Shown here: piece after piece, positions 47,701 to 57,296 of the stretch
How positions within the stretch are numbered: the stretch's first letter is position 1
Layout of the letters: each line of letters opens with the position of its first letter
Origin: Oscillospiraceae bacterium
GTDB taxonomy: Bacteria; Bacillota; Clostridia; Oscillospirales; CAG-272
NCBI GenBank assembly: GCA_015064695.1
Contig: SVRS01000001.1
Location: 45,998-109,997 of the forward strand
Length of the DNA stretch: 64,000 bases
Direction: 5' to 3'
Program-made: the position numbers and the translations under genes
The notes under the pieces: generated by a model
The model's input: the letters and a program-made list of their open reading frames with translations, nothing else
What the model was told of the DNA's origin: nothing
Database searches by the model: none

Positions 47701-49107
47701 TCATTCCTTCCTGCGGAGACGGGCGATGAAGAACCCATCGGTGCGGTTGACGTCGGGCAGAAGGGTGGCCATGCCGCCCTCCGAGACGATATCGGTGACT
47801 TCTCCGCCCTTGGCGGGGAAGGTAAAATCCAAGGGCTCAAACTCGGGGTGAGCTGCCAGAAACGCCGTGACCACTTCTTGATTTTCGGCAGTCAGAATGG
47901 TGCAGGTTGAGTAGACCAGCACGCCTCCCGGTTTGAGGTAACCCGCCGAGGCCTCCAGGATCGCGGCCTGAATGGCGGGGAGACGGGTCGATTCTGTCAG
48001 GTCCTTGTGACGGATCTCAGGCTTCTTGGCAATGACACCCAAGCCCGAGCAGGGAACGTCGCAAAGCACGCGGTCGCATTTTCCAAGCAAATCGGGATCG
48101 GGACACCGTGCATCCCGCTCCTCAGCGGTTACAATGGACAGCCCTAACCGCTCCGCCCCGCCCGTGATGAGGGATAGCTTGCTCTTGTGGAGATCAAAGG
48201 CGTGAACCTCGCCCTTGTTTTCCATGGACAGAGCAATGCCAAAGGATTTGGAGCCGGGGCAGGCGCAGGTGTCGGCCACGATATCCCCGGGGCGGGCATC
48301 CAAGGCCGCCACACAGAGCTGAGACGCCTCGTCCTGAATGAAAAAGCTTCCCTCAGCAAAGGCCTTCGTGGCCGTCAAGGCACCCTCGGGCACCCGAAGT
48401 GCGTGGGGCGCGTACAAAGCGGGAAGAACCTCCATCCCTTCGGCGGTGAAGGCGGTGGCCAAGGCCTCATCCGTGGTGGTTAGGGTATTGCCTCGCACCG
48501 TGATGGGAGGCTTTTCCCCAAAGGCAGTCAGCACCGACAGAGCGCGGTCATAGCCCAGCGCACCGGCAAAGGTTTCACACAGCGACACAGGTGCGCCGCA
48601 GGAAACCGCCATGGCCTCCATGGGATTGGTCAGCTCCGGGAAGCGAGCCATCCAGTCATCAGGCGTGGTCAGCTTGTTTTCCCGAGGCGCACGGCTCCCG
48701 TCGGGCAAGCGGGGAAGGGATGCCTCAAACCGCAGATAAGCGCGCAGAACGGCGTTGACAAATCCCGATACCTTCCGTGGCACCAGGGATACCGTTTCAT
48801 CCAAGGCCGCATGGTCGGGTACGCGATCCAAATATATGAGCTGATAAAGTCCCATGCAAAGGGCCAACCGTACCGTTGCATCCAGCTCACCCAGCGGACG
48901 GGAGGCAAGTCTTCCCAGTAGGTATTCCAGGGTGGTCTTGCGCTCGATCACACCGTAAACCAACGCGGTGTATAAATGCCGATCCGGCTCGCTTAGGGGA
49001 GTGCGCTTCAGCGCAGTATCCACGGCAATGTTTCCGTACTGTCCTCGCTCGACGGCAAGGAGAGTGTTCAGCGCCAGCATGCGGGGAGAGTTTTGAGGCG
49101 TAGGCAT
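47701..49107 (-). CDS. rsmB: 16S rRNA (cytosine967-C5)-methyltransferase
   Basis: NusB-like N-terminal domain. Motifs DTCACPGSKS, CDVPCSGLG and GGVLVYSTCT are present. Confidence 0.9.
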   Translation of the reverse strand: MPTPQNSPRMLALNTLLAVERGQYGNIAVDTALKRTPLSEPDRHLYTALVYGVIERKTTLEYLLGRLASRPLGELDATVRLALCMGLYQLIYLDRVPDHAALDETVSLVPRKVSGFVNAVLRAYLRFEASLPRLPDGSRAPRENKLTTPDDWMARFPELTNPMEAMAVSCGAPVSLCETFAGALGYDRALSVLTAFGEKPPITVRGNTLTTTDEALATAFTAEGMEVLPALYAPHALRVPEGALTATKAFAEGSFFIQDEASQLCVAALDARPGDIVADTCACPGSKSFGIALSMENKGEVHAFDLHKSKLSLITGGAERLGLSIVTAEERDARCPDPDLLGKCDRVLCDVPCSGLGVIAKKPEIRHKDLTESTRLPAIQAAILEASAGYLKPGGVLVYSTCTILTAENQEVVTAFLAAHPEFEPLDFTFPAKGGEVTDIVSEGGMATLLPDVNRTDGFFIARLRRKE

Positions 49108-49193
49108 AAAATGTGCGTCCTCCTGTTTTTAAGTAAAGCTCAGCGGGGAAAACCTCGTAAAAGAAGTTTTCCCCGCAGGTGTAAAGAAGAAAA

Positions 49194-50873
49194 TTATTCG
49201 ACGGAAATAACGAAATCGTACAAGGGCTGTCCGCCGTAGAGCAAGCTGCACTCAGCCTCGGGCACCACGGCCTTCAGCTTCTCAAAGATGATGTTGGCGT
49301 TCTCCTCGGTGATATCGGCACCGTAGAGGACGGTGACGAAGGAAGCATCGGGGAAATTGCGGAGCATTTCCAGGACGATGATCTCGTAATCGGTGCCGGT
49401 GTAGCCGATCTTGCGGTCGCAAAGACCCATGTACTCACCGGCCTTAATGGACAGACCGTCGATGGTGGCATCCTTAACGGCGCGGGTGACCGACAACGTA
49501 TGCACGTAACCAAAGGTTTCGGTCATGGCGGTGGCATTGTCGTCGGCAGAGGAGGTCTCGTCAAAGGCCAGCATAGCCGACATACCCTCGGGTACACTGC
49601 GGGTCTCCAATACGATGACACGCTGTGCGGGAGCCAGACCCTCGGCCACCTCGGCATCAATGATGGCGGCGGCCTGCTTGGCAACCATGATGATGTTCTT
49701 GTTGTTGGGAAGCACGAATACCTCGCGGCCGCGGGTCTTGCGAATGGCATCCAGCAGATTGTCGGTGGAGGGATTCATGGTCTGTCCGCCCGTAACGATC
49801 TCATGAACGCCCAGCTCACGGAAAATGTTGGCGGTACCGTCACCCAAGCAAACGGCGACGAAGCCAAAGTCCTTGTCGGGGGTGAGATCCACAGGCTTTG
49901 CCTCCTCGGCTGCCTTTTCGCCGGCGGCGGTCAGCGCAGAGTGCTGCTTCTTCATGTTCTCGATCTTGACGGTCTCCAAATTACCGTACTTAATGGCCTC
50001 GGACAAAACGCGGCCGGGATCGTTGGTGTGGATGTGGAGCTTGATGATCTCCTCGTCGTCTACGAATACCATACTGTCACCCCAAGGAGAAATGGTTGCC
50101 TTGAAGGCCTCGGCGGTACCCTCGCCGCGAAGCTCGTCGTATTTGCCCACGATGCACTCGGTGCAGTAAGCAAAGGTAATGGAATCGGTGTCGAATTCGC
50201 CGAAGTCCGCGCCCTCACGGGTTTCCTCCTCGTCGGAGCCCTCCACGGCGGCTACGTCGTGACCTCTCAGAGAGGCCAGCATACCCTTCAGCATGGTGAC
50301 AAAGCCCTGGCCGCCGGCGTCAACCACGTTGGCCTGCTTCAGGACGGGAAGCATTTCGGGAGTCTGTCCCAGAACCTCCTCAGCACCCTCCAGAAGGCGC
50401 TCGAAGAACGCCTCGGGATTACCGCGGAACTGCTCACTCTCGGCCTCTGCGATCTCAGCGGTGCCGCGCATAACGGTCAGAATGGTGCCCTCTGCGGGCT
50501 TGCTGACGGCGCGGTACGCCTCGTTGGTGCCGCTGCGAATAGCCTTTGCGATGTCGTCGGAATCTGCATTCTCCAGACCCTCAAAGGACTTTGCCATGCC
50601 TCTGAAGAACAGGGACAGGATTGCGCCCGAGTTGCCGCGGGCAGCGCGGAGCAGACGGTTGGCCACACGGCCGGCCGCCTCAGCCAAAGTGCCGGGTTCA
50701 ACCTGAATCTCGCGAGCGGGCTTCATGGTCAGAGACATATTGATGCCCGTGTCGCCGTCAGGTACGGGGAAAACGTTCAGGTTGTTGATTTCGGTCTTTT
50801 CGGTGTCCAACGAATTAGCCGCGGAAGCGACCATTTTTTGAAATTTTTCGCCGTCGATGACATTGTTAGACAT
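49194..50873 (-). CDS. yloV: DAK2 domain-containing fusion protein YloV
   Basis: N-terminal Dak2 domain (NNLNVFPVPDGDTGINM, RGNSG) followed by the YloV-type C-terminal domain. Confidence 0.9.
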   Translation of the reverse strand: MSNNVIDGEKFQKMVASAANSLDTEKTEINNLNVFPVPDGDTGINMSLTMKPAREIQVEPGTLAEAAGRVANRLLRAARGNSGAILSLFFRGMAKSFEGLENADSDDIAKAIRSGTNEAYRAVSKPAEGTILTVMRGTAEIAEAESEQFRGNPEAFFERLLEGAEEVLGQTPEMLPVLKQANVVDAGGQGFVTMLKGMLASLRGHDVAAVEGSDEEETREGADFGEFDTDSITFAYCTECIVGKYDELRGEGTAEAFKATISPWGDSMVFVDDEEIIKLHIHTNDPGRVLSEAIKYGNLETVKIENMKKQHSALTAAGEKAAEEAKPVDLTPDKDFGFVAVCLGDGTANIFRELGVHEIVTGGQTMNPSTDNLLDAIRKTRGREVFVLPNNKNIIMVAKQAAAIIDAEVAEGLAPAQRVIVLETRSVPEGMSAMLAFDETSSADDNATAMTETFGYVHTLSVTRAVKDATIDGLSIKAGEYMGLCDRKIGYTGTDYEIIVLEMLRNFPDASFVTVLYGADITEENANIIFEKLKAVVPEAECSLLYGGQPLYDFVISVE

Positions 50874-50993
50874 AATTCAAACCAAGCCTTTCATTTGTAT
50901 TTCACGTTTTATGGAGACAGAGATTGTGTGAAATGGGAGCGATGCGGCGGTTTCACACCTGCTTCGCACCCATAGGTATAAGCATCTATTATA

Positions 50994-51022
50994 ATTATAC
51001 CCGAAATATGTTGATTTGTCAA
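50994..51022 (-). promoter_or_regulatory. SigA-type promoter for yloV
   Basis: On the minus strand: TTGACA, a 17-nt spacer, then TATAAT. Confidence 0.55.
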
Positions 51023-51175
51023 GAGATTTTCCTTTTTTTTGCCTCGATTAGCCGAAAAAAGCGAAAAATTTATCAGAAAAGCCTGCCGTTTTCCCATGGA
51101 AAGCACGTGATAGGAAACGAAACGAGGTGATCGAAAAAACTCGGATTACCCGGAATAATTTTTTTGAAAAAAGGC

Positions 51176-51204
51176 TTGCTTTTTTAAAAGATTTGTGATA
51201 TAAT
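51176..51204 (+). promoter_or_regulatory. SigA-type promoter for tRNA-Arg
   Basis: TTGCTT (51176-51181), a 17-nt spacer ending in TGTGA, then TATAAT (51199-51204). Confidence 0.55.
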
Positions 51205-51231
51205 AAAAAGGTATTCATTTCATACACACAT

Positions 51232-51308
51232 CTACCCGTGGCACAGCTGGATAGCGCGTCAGACTCCGACTCTGAAGGTCGAAGGTTCGAATCCTTTCGG
51301 GTAGGCCA
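51232..51308 (+). tRNA. tRNA-Arg (anticodon CCG)
   Basis: The sequence folds as a cloverleaf. Acceptor stem is CTACCCG/CGGGTAG. The D-arm is GCAC-AGCTGGATA-GCGC (one A-C mismatch). Anticodon stem is TCAGA/TCTGA with loop CTCCGAC. The T-arm is GAAGG-TTCGAAT-CCTTT, and the 3' CCA is encoded. Confidence 0.85.
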
Positions 51309-51358
51309 CACCTCACTAATTTGAACCTTCTTTGGGGGGCAGATTAGTGAGGTTTTTG
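51309..51358 (+). terminator. Intrinsic terminator after tRNA-Arg
   Basis: CCTCACTAAT ... ATTAGTGAGG stem followed by TTTTTG. Confidence 0.7.
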
Positions 51359-52421
51359 TTTATATACTGTTTGGTTTCAATAACAGTTGTATTATAAACG
51401 AATCGTTCGTTTTATTGCCTATCTAAAAACACCAAAGACCTCCGACAAGGTTTGCTTATCGGAGGCCTATATTATTTATGCTCGTTTGTCTAATGCCCGG
51501 CAAATTTACACTTTCATCTTCGAATTACAAGAATACAATTCTAGTTTCGCACCATTTTTCATTATTTCGTTGATATCCCTTTTAAATTTAATCATATTTC
51601 CTCCAATAGTATGACATTTGAGCATTTCCCGATACTTCTTCTACATAGACAATATCCTCGGGTGAAATTTTATGTAACGGCGCTTCATAGCAAGTGCTGC
51701 AACCAATGAACAGTTCTTTTTGATTTAATACGCAATACAGATATTAGATTTGTTCACGTGCTTTGAAAATGAAGGAGTATATTTTTTTTAAGTCAGAAAA
51801 TATTCCCCATACCACAAAAATGATATAAAATAAAAGAGGATATAATGATAAATTCAGAAGACATGCCACCAATATTATGTATAGGACAACAGGCATAATA
51901 ACTGGTAGACACAACATGTAGTCTTTACCCGCAACGTGAATTATATATCCTACAACATAGCATTTGCTAAAACTTTGACTTTCATTTTTACCCAATATGC
52001 CATCTTCAAAATAGAAAATAATCTTTTTTTGGAACGATTATAATGATAATGAATGCCTTTTTGAGCTGGCGAAAAATCATTTTTTAAAGACCAGACATGT
52101 ATTTTTTCATCAGGATAACAGTGATAAGATACATTTGACAGAAAATTAGTAGTTCCATTTTTAATATTTATTATCATTATTTTGCCTCCTTATTAGGTAT
52201 GGGGATTAACAGCTACGACACAATTTGCTTGCAATAGTTACGATTGCGCCCAACGTGGCAGCAACTCCTTTGGCATTTGATAATATCGTGTAACACAGAA
52301 ATAATCTCTTCTGCTTGCGTATGAGATATGTTTTTCAAGCCAATAGAAGCTACGAGAAATTGCATTGCCGACAGAGAAGAAACTAATTTATTTCGATTAT
52401 TATCAAATTTATTTTGTATTG

Positions 52422-52946
52422 CTAAAAAAACACATCGGGATCATTGGATATGTGAGAGGCGTATTTATTTACATATTCTGTCACAACGGTTATATTTTCT
52501 TTTGTGCAGCTAATATACCAAGGTCCTGCTTTCTTTCGGTTAAATAGTTTGCGCTCTTTTTCTTTTTGGGACGAATCTGTATACAGTACAATCCAATCCT
52601 TCGAAGACCGATATCCATAGGCGGAAAAAAATGTTACAACGCTTTCGGTTTTTATATCGATTAACTCATTCCATTTGATTACTTTGATCGTTGAGAAAAA
52701 TATCGAATATATAGTAATCCCATGTTCACTTATTTCGGCTCGTTGCGTCATGTATAATGCAGTAATGATAAAATATGTCGAAAAGAAAAGTAGTAAAATG
52801 GATGATAGCACGATTGCCCATAAAGTATCGTGTGAACTGTCAAAAATAGCAAACATGAAAACAAATATCGATAAAGTAAAAAAGGCTAAAAACCAAACAC
52901 TCAACATAACAGAGGCATAATATACCTTTAAAATGTTTTTCTTCAT
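52422..52946 (-). CDS. Hypothetical membrane protein in the AT-rich islet
   Basis: 174-aa ORF with 3 N-terminal TM helices and a small soluble C-terminal domain. Its AT-rich codon usage differs from the rest of the window. I recognise no family. Confidence 0.5.
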   Translation of the reverse strand: MKKNILKVYYASVMLSVWFLAFFTLSIFVFMFAIFDSSHDTLWAIVLSSILLLFFSTYFIITALYMTQRAEISEHGITIYSIFFSTIKVIKWNELIDIKTESVVTFFSAYGYRSSKDWIVLYTDSSQKEKERKLFNRKKAGPWYISCTKENITVVTEYVNKYASHISNDPDVFF

Positions 52947-52984
52947 ACCTATTATCCTTTCGTTGTTTTTATACCGCCGTCATT

Positions 52985-53275
52985 TTTGTATTACGGCGTT
53001 GCTTGCAACGCGGGCTTCGGGCAAAGCCCATACCCCTAAGGCTACGCGCATCCAAAGGCTCCCTCCGGGAGGGAGCTGGCGCCGGCGGCTTGCCGCGGGC
53101 GACTGAGGGAGAGCGCGTTACAATGAAGTTAGTGCAAACCTAAAGTCACGCAGACTCCTTCCACCGCTAACGCGGTCCCCCGCATCTGCTTGCGGATGGC
53201 ATCTCGGAGGGAGGCTTTCCTGTAGCCCTATTATAGCATAAATCGGCAGAGAAAACAAGTTCTCTGCCGACATTT
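52985..53275 (-). repeat. Copy B (inverted) of the ~300-bp dispersed element
   Basis: Its reverse complement aligns with 5844-6170 (see copy A). Confidence 0.75.
53052..53258 (-). ncRNA. Candidate small RNA encoded by repeat copy B
   Basis: On the minus strand: TTGTTT (53253-53258), a 17-nt spacer, then extended -10 TGCTATAAT (TATAAT at 53230-53235). The terminator is GCTCCCTC-CCG-GAGGGAGC followed by CTTT (about 53055-53077). The CATCCGC/GCGGATG-type hairpin and a CCTCCCTCC tract are conserved. Confidence 0.35.
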
Positions 53276-53683
53276 TGTGCACGCAAATTCTCCGTTAAGA
53301 GTATCACGCCAAATGCTCGTACTCCTTTTGCTTTTCTCGGCAGGCAAAACTGCTTTATGGAAGCCACCCCTTGAGAAGGGCTTGGGGAGATAATCATCAG
53401 CCCCTGCATCAAGCCCTTCGATCTTCTGATAGGTTTCGGTTTTTGCGGTCAGAAAGAGCGCAGGCGTGGTGATACCACTCGCGCGGAGCTTTTTCAGCAA
53501 GGTCACGCCGTCCATGCCGGGCATCATAATATCAAGCACAAGACCGTCGTATTCGTCGGAGAAGGCAAAGTCAAAGGCATCATTTCCGTTATCCACGCCG
53601 TCCACGGCATAGTGGTTCATTTCAAATATATGCACATGACTTTTGAGCAGCTTTGGATCATCCTCAGCAATTAAAAACCGCAT
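53231..53683 (-). pseudogene. Truncated response regulator (receiver domain only; C-terminus replaced by repeat sequence)
   Basis: The REC domain is intact: MRFLIAEDDPKLL...YDGLVLDIMMPGMDGVTLLKKLR...PALFLTAKTE...GLDAGADDYLPKPF. After about residue 105 the frame runs into the dispersed repeat. There is no winged-helix output domain and no cognate kinase gene nearby. Confidence 0.65.
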
Positions 53684-53777
53684 ATTTGCGCCTCCTTTCG
53701 TTCCTCATATTGTAATAATTATGGGAACCTCTAAAAATTCATCGAACCGAGAATCAGCGAAACATTTAGAGGCGCCC

Positions 53778-53806
53778 TTGACAAAAAATCCATTATATGC
53801 TATAAT
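53778..53806 (+). promoter_or_regulatory. Consensus SigA promoter upstream of the solute-binding-protein gene (~310-nt hairpin-rich leader)
   Basis: TTGACA (53778-53783), exactly 17 nt of spacer, then TATAAT (53801-53806). A hairpin AGATACC-TTCG-GGTGTCT follows, then CCCATTTTTT. Confidence 0.6.
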
Positions 53807-54122
53807 AAGGAAGATACCTTCGGGTGTCTCCCATTTTTTATAGTTGATTGTAAAACGCAGGGGTGCCACCCCTGCACCCCGCTTAAGGGACTTTTGACAA
53901 CCTCCTCGCAAGCTCGGGGCAAATTCGCCTCCGGCGAAGTTTGCGAGTCCCTTAAGAATTCTCAAAGCTTTCAATAAATGTTATCTATTAATGCTTTTTG
54001 AAAGCTTTTGGAGTACCAAGAACCTTTTTTCAAAAAGGTTCTTGGTAGAGGTACAGGGGGCAAAGCCCCCAAATAAATAGTTTTATAATCGACGATCCAT
54101 TTTTTAATTAAGGAGCAAGTTT

Positions 54123-55583
54123 ATGAAAAAGCGAATCCTCGCCGCGGCCCTCGCCGCCCTTATGCTACTGCCCCTCGCCTCCTGCGCGACGGGAGATGAC
54201 CCCGCCGACACCTCTGCCAACACGAACTCCGCCGAAGCCGGTGCCGAGGGGGAGACCGATTTCTTCCCGGATATCCCCAAAAAAGACTACGACGGTGCCG
54301 AATTCCGTATGATCGGCTGGACTGAGCCCGGTGATTGGTACTACGCCGATGGGTATGAGAACACCGAGAACAAGACCTCCATCCTCAACAACACCATTTA
54401 TGAGATGAACACCTTGGTGGAGGAGCATCTGAATATCGAGATGTCCTACCAGACCGTCAAGGTGGTCACCGGACATGAGGTCTTTGACACCGTCTATCCC
54501 CAGATCATGTCGGGCGACGACCCCTACCAGCTCTGCACCCTCCATGCCTACTACGACTACCCCAGCTTCATCACCGGAAACTGCGCTCTGGATTTTTACG
54601 AGCTGGAATCTCCCGACTACGACCAACCCTACTGGAACCGTGAGGTCATGGACATGCTCTCCATCGACGACCGCGCCTACATCGGTCTGAGCGACCTCTG
54701 CTGGTACTCCTTCTACATGATCTACTGCAACAAGGATCTCCTGAAGGATGCCAACATGAAGGTCCCCTACGATCAGGTCCGCAACGGGGAATGGACCTTT
54801 GACCTCTTCTTCAATATGACCACCGGTCTCTATTCCGACAACGGCGACGGCACCCGCAATGACAAGGACATGTACGGCTTTGCCGGTCTGTGGGACGGTG
54901 AGGGCAACGCCTTCCTCCAGGCCGCCGATATCTACGTTGCCAAGAAAAACGATGACGATGAATTTGAGCTGACCCTTTACAGCGACCGCTTCGTGGAGAT
55001 GTACGACAAGCTCTACGCCTGGTCCCGGGACGAGAGCGTGCTGTGCTGGAACTTCCACAGCCCCGAATACACGGTTGACTTCAAGAAAAATCAAAGCTAC
55101 TTTACCTGCTCCGGTTTGGGTACCCAATATCTGGATGCCGAATTTGAGGTGGGAATCCTTCCCCTGCCCAAGTACGAAAAGAGCCAGGCAAGCTACAATC
55201 ACGTCAACTGGGGCAACAACATGATCATCCCCTCTTCCATCCGCAACAAGGATATGGTGGGTGACGTGCTGGAGATGATGAGCTTCTACTCCAGTACTCT
55301 GGTGCTGAACAAGTACTACGACGAGGTCCTCCAGCTCCGCGTCTCCGAGGCTCCCGACGACCGCGATATGGTGGAGCTGATCTACGACACCGTCGTTTAT
55401 GACCCCGGCATCGCCTTCCTGGACGGCAACAGCGGTCTTGCCAATCTGGTCTATATCACCTGCTTCGGTATCCGCGAGAACAACCCCAACATCGCGTCCT
55501 ACTACCAGAAGAACTACAAGATCGCCGAAAAGACACTGAATAGCCTCATCCGAAAGGTCCAGCACAACAACAGCAGGTCTTGA
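54123..55583 (+). CDS. ABC transporter extracellular solute-binding lipoprotein (carbohydrate-type); orphan
   Basis: MKKRILAAALAALMLLPLASC lipobox plus an acidic linker. Its size (~480 aa) and W/Y-rich composition are typical of family-1 sugar-binding proteins. No permease or ATPase gene is adjacent. Confidence 0.8.
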   Translation: MKKRILAAALAALMLLPLASCATGDDPADTSANTNSAEAGAEGETDFFPDIPKKDYDGAEFRMIGWTEPGDWYYADGYENTENKTSILNNTIYEMNTLVEEHLNIEMSYQTVKVVTGHEVFDTVYPQIMSGDDPYQLCTLHAYYDYPSFITGNCALDFYELESPDYDQPYWNREVMDMLSIDDRAYIGLSDLCWYSFYMIYCNKDLLKDANMKVPYDQVRNGEWTFDLFFNMTTGLYSDNGDGTRNDKDMYGFAGLWDGEGNAFLQAADIYVAKKNDDDEFELTLYSDRFVEMYDKLYAWSRDESVLCWNFHSPEYTVDFKKNQSYFTCSGLGTQYLDAEFEVGILPLPKYEKSQASYNHVNWGNNMIIPSSIRNKDMVGDVLEMMSFYSSTLVLNKYYDEVLQLRVSEAPDDRDMVELIYDTVVYDPGIAFLDGNSGLANLVYITCFGIRENNPNIASYYQKNYKIAEKTLNSLIRKVQHNNSRS

Positions 55584-55920
55584 TCACAAGCCGAAATCGG
55601 CTCGATCCATTCTTTCATAAAAGGGAACCTCTAAAAATTCCCCATCTATTGCAATAAACAGCAAAACGTGATATAAGGGGATCTCTGAATATTCAGCGTA
55701 CGGTGAGAGCTGAGTGAGCTCGGCGGCGAGAAGATTTTTTGTCAGCCCGCCCTGCGGGCGCTAAACAAAACTCCGCGCGCGTAGTGGAGTCTACGCGAAG
55801 GATTTTTGGTGAAGCGCCCACTTCGTGGGCAAACGGAAAAGATTCCGTCGATTCTCCATGCGATGATTTTTTAGAGGTCCCCTACAATTCATCCTCGCAT
55901 CCAAACCAATATAAACACCG

Positions 55921-55955
55921 AAGGCGTACCTGCTCTATCGCAGGTACGCCTTTTC
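55921..55955. terminator. Bidirectional terminator
   Basis: AAGGCGTACCTGC-TCTATC-GCAGGTACGCCTT followed by TTCGG. Confidence 0.65.
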
Positions 55956-55976
55956 GGGGCCTTTTTGGTTCACCCC

Positions 55977-57272
55977 TTATTCTCCCAGCATGATCCGAAT
56001 GATCTCCCGATCGGTCTCGCTCATGCCGTCGCGGGCCAGTCGCCCAATATTGCGGATGGTGTTCTCCACCCCCTTGGTGACAATGCCGTCACCGCCGTAG
56101 AATTGCCGTCCCGACCGCATCATATCGTAGCCCATAATGCCCGCCTCCACCGCCATGGCGATCTTGGCGGCACAGGAGGCCTTGGCTCCGTCGCAAATTG
56201 TGCCCGACAGGATGGCCACCGCGTTGACCAGGGTGTGGGCGATCTCACGGAAGCGGCCGCCTGCCAGGTAGCAAATACCGCACCCGCATCCGCATCCCGC
56301 GCTGATGGCTCCGCAGTAGGCCGATAGACAACCAATGCCCGTTTTCTGATGAACCGTAATGAGATTGGATACCAAGAGCGCTCGTAGCAATACTTCTTCG
56401 TCAGTATGCCACTTGCGGGCGTAGATCACCACGGGGATCGATGCCGTCATCCCCTGGTTTCCGCTTCCCGAAATGATGCAAACGGGAAGCTCGCATCCAT
56501 TCATGCGGGCATCCGACCCGGCGGCGGCGTAGGCCCGAGCCATGGTCCGCAGATCACAGTGACCTCCGTTGTAGAGAAGCCGCCCGATGGCAGCACCGTA
56601 TTCGTTCCGCAAGCCCTCCTCGGCAATGGCCATATTCATAGAGACCTGCCGTTTCAAAAGGGGTCGAAGCTCAGTAAGATCGGCTTCCTCCGCGAAGGTA
56701 ATGATATCCTGTACGTTGAGCAGAGAACGGTCTGCACCCTCTTCACCCTCGGCGTTCTCCCCGTGACGGTAGCTATCCGTCACGTCGGTTCCGTTCCGTT
56801 CTACTGAAATCACGTTGGTGTGGCGGTCCATGAGATGTACCCGCGCCGATATGGCCCGGCCATCGGAATCCGCCGTGCCTGTCATGATCAGCTCAAAGGG
56901 GTGCTTGGTATCCAGCTCGCAGATGACAGGGGTTACGGCAGCAAGAAATTCACGGATGCGAGGGGTATCAGCGGGCTTCAAGGCACAAAGCACCTCCAGT
57001 CTCCGCTCGGGACAGCCGGCCACAATGCCCGCGGCCACGGCGGCCTCGATGCCGTGCATTCCGTCGGTGGCAGGGACGATGACCGATTTGACGTTCTTAA
57101 TTATGTTACCGCTAAGCTCCACCCGCAGAGTAGCGGGGTCAGCCCCCAGGGCGTGGCGGAGGATAGAGGCGGCGTAGGCAATGGCGATGGGCTCGGTACA
57201 GCCCATGGCGGGGACCAGCTCCTCCCGAAGGATGGCGGTGTAGGTTTGAACGATATGAGGAGAAAGTGACAT
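55977..57272 (-). CDS. UPF0597 / L-cysteine desulfidase family protein
   Basis: The N-terminal motif VPAMGCTEPIAIAYAAS and the Cys-rich C-terminal half (SAYCGAISAGCGCGCG) are characteristic of this family. Confidence 0.8.
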   Translation of the reverse strand: MSLSPHIVQTYTAILREELVPAMGCTEPIAIAYAASILRHALGADPATLRVELSGNIIKNVKSVIVPATDGMHGIEAAVAAGIVAGCPERRLEVLCALKPADTPRIREFLAAVTPVICELDTKHPFELIMTGTADSDGRAISARVHLMDRHTNVISVERNGTDVTDSYRHGENAEGEEGADRSLLNVQDIITFAEEADLTELRPLLKRQVSMNMAIAEEGLRNEYGAAIGRLLYNGGHCDLRTMARAYAAAGSDARMNGCELPVCIISGSGNQGMTASIPVVIYARKWHTDEEVLLRALLVSNLITVHQKTGIGCLSAYCGAISAGCGCGCGICYLAGGRFREIAHTLVNAVAILSGTICDGAKASCAAKIAMAVEAGIMGYDMMRSGRQFYGGDGIVTKGVENTIRNIGRLARDGMSETDREIIRIMLGE

Positions 57273-57296
57273 ATAGACTCCCGAAATAAGGATTTT

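Noticed and set aside
51309-53320. Intact integrative element or prophage at tRNA-Arg.
   Set aside because: I found no integrase, excisionase, phage structural or conjugation genes, and no direct repeat of the tRNA 3' end. I describe it only as a decayed islet or recombination scar.
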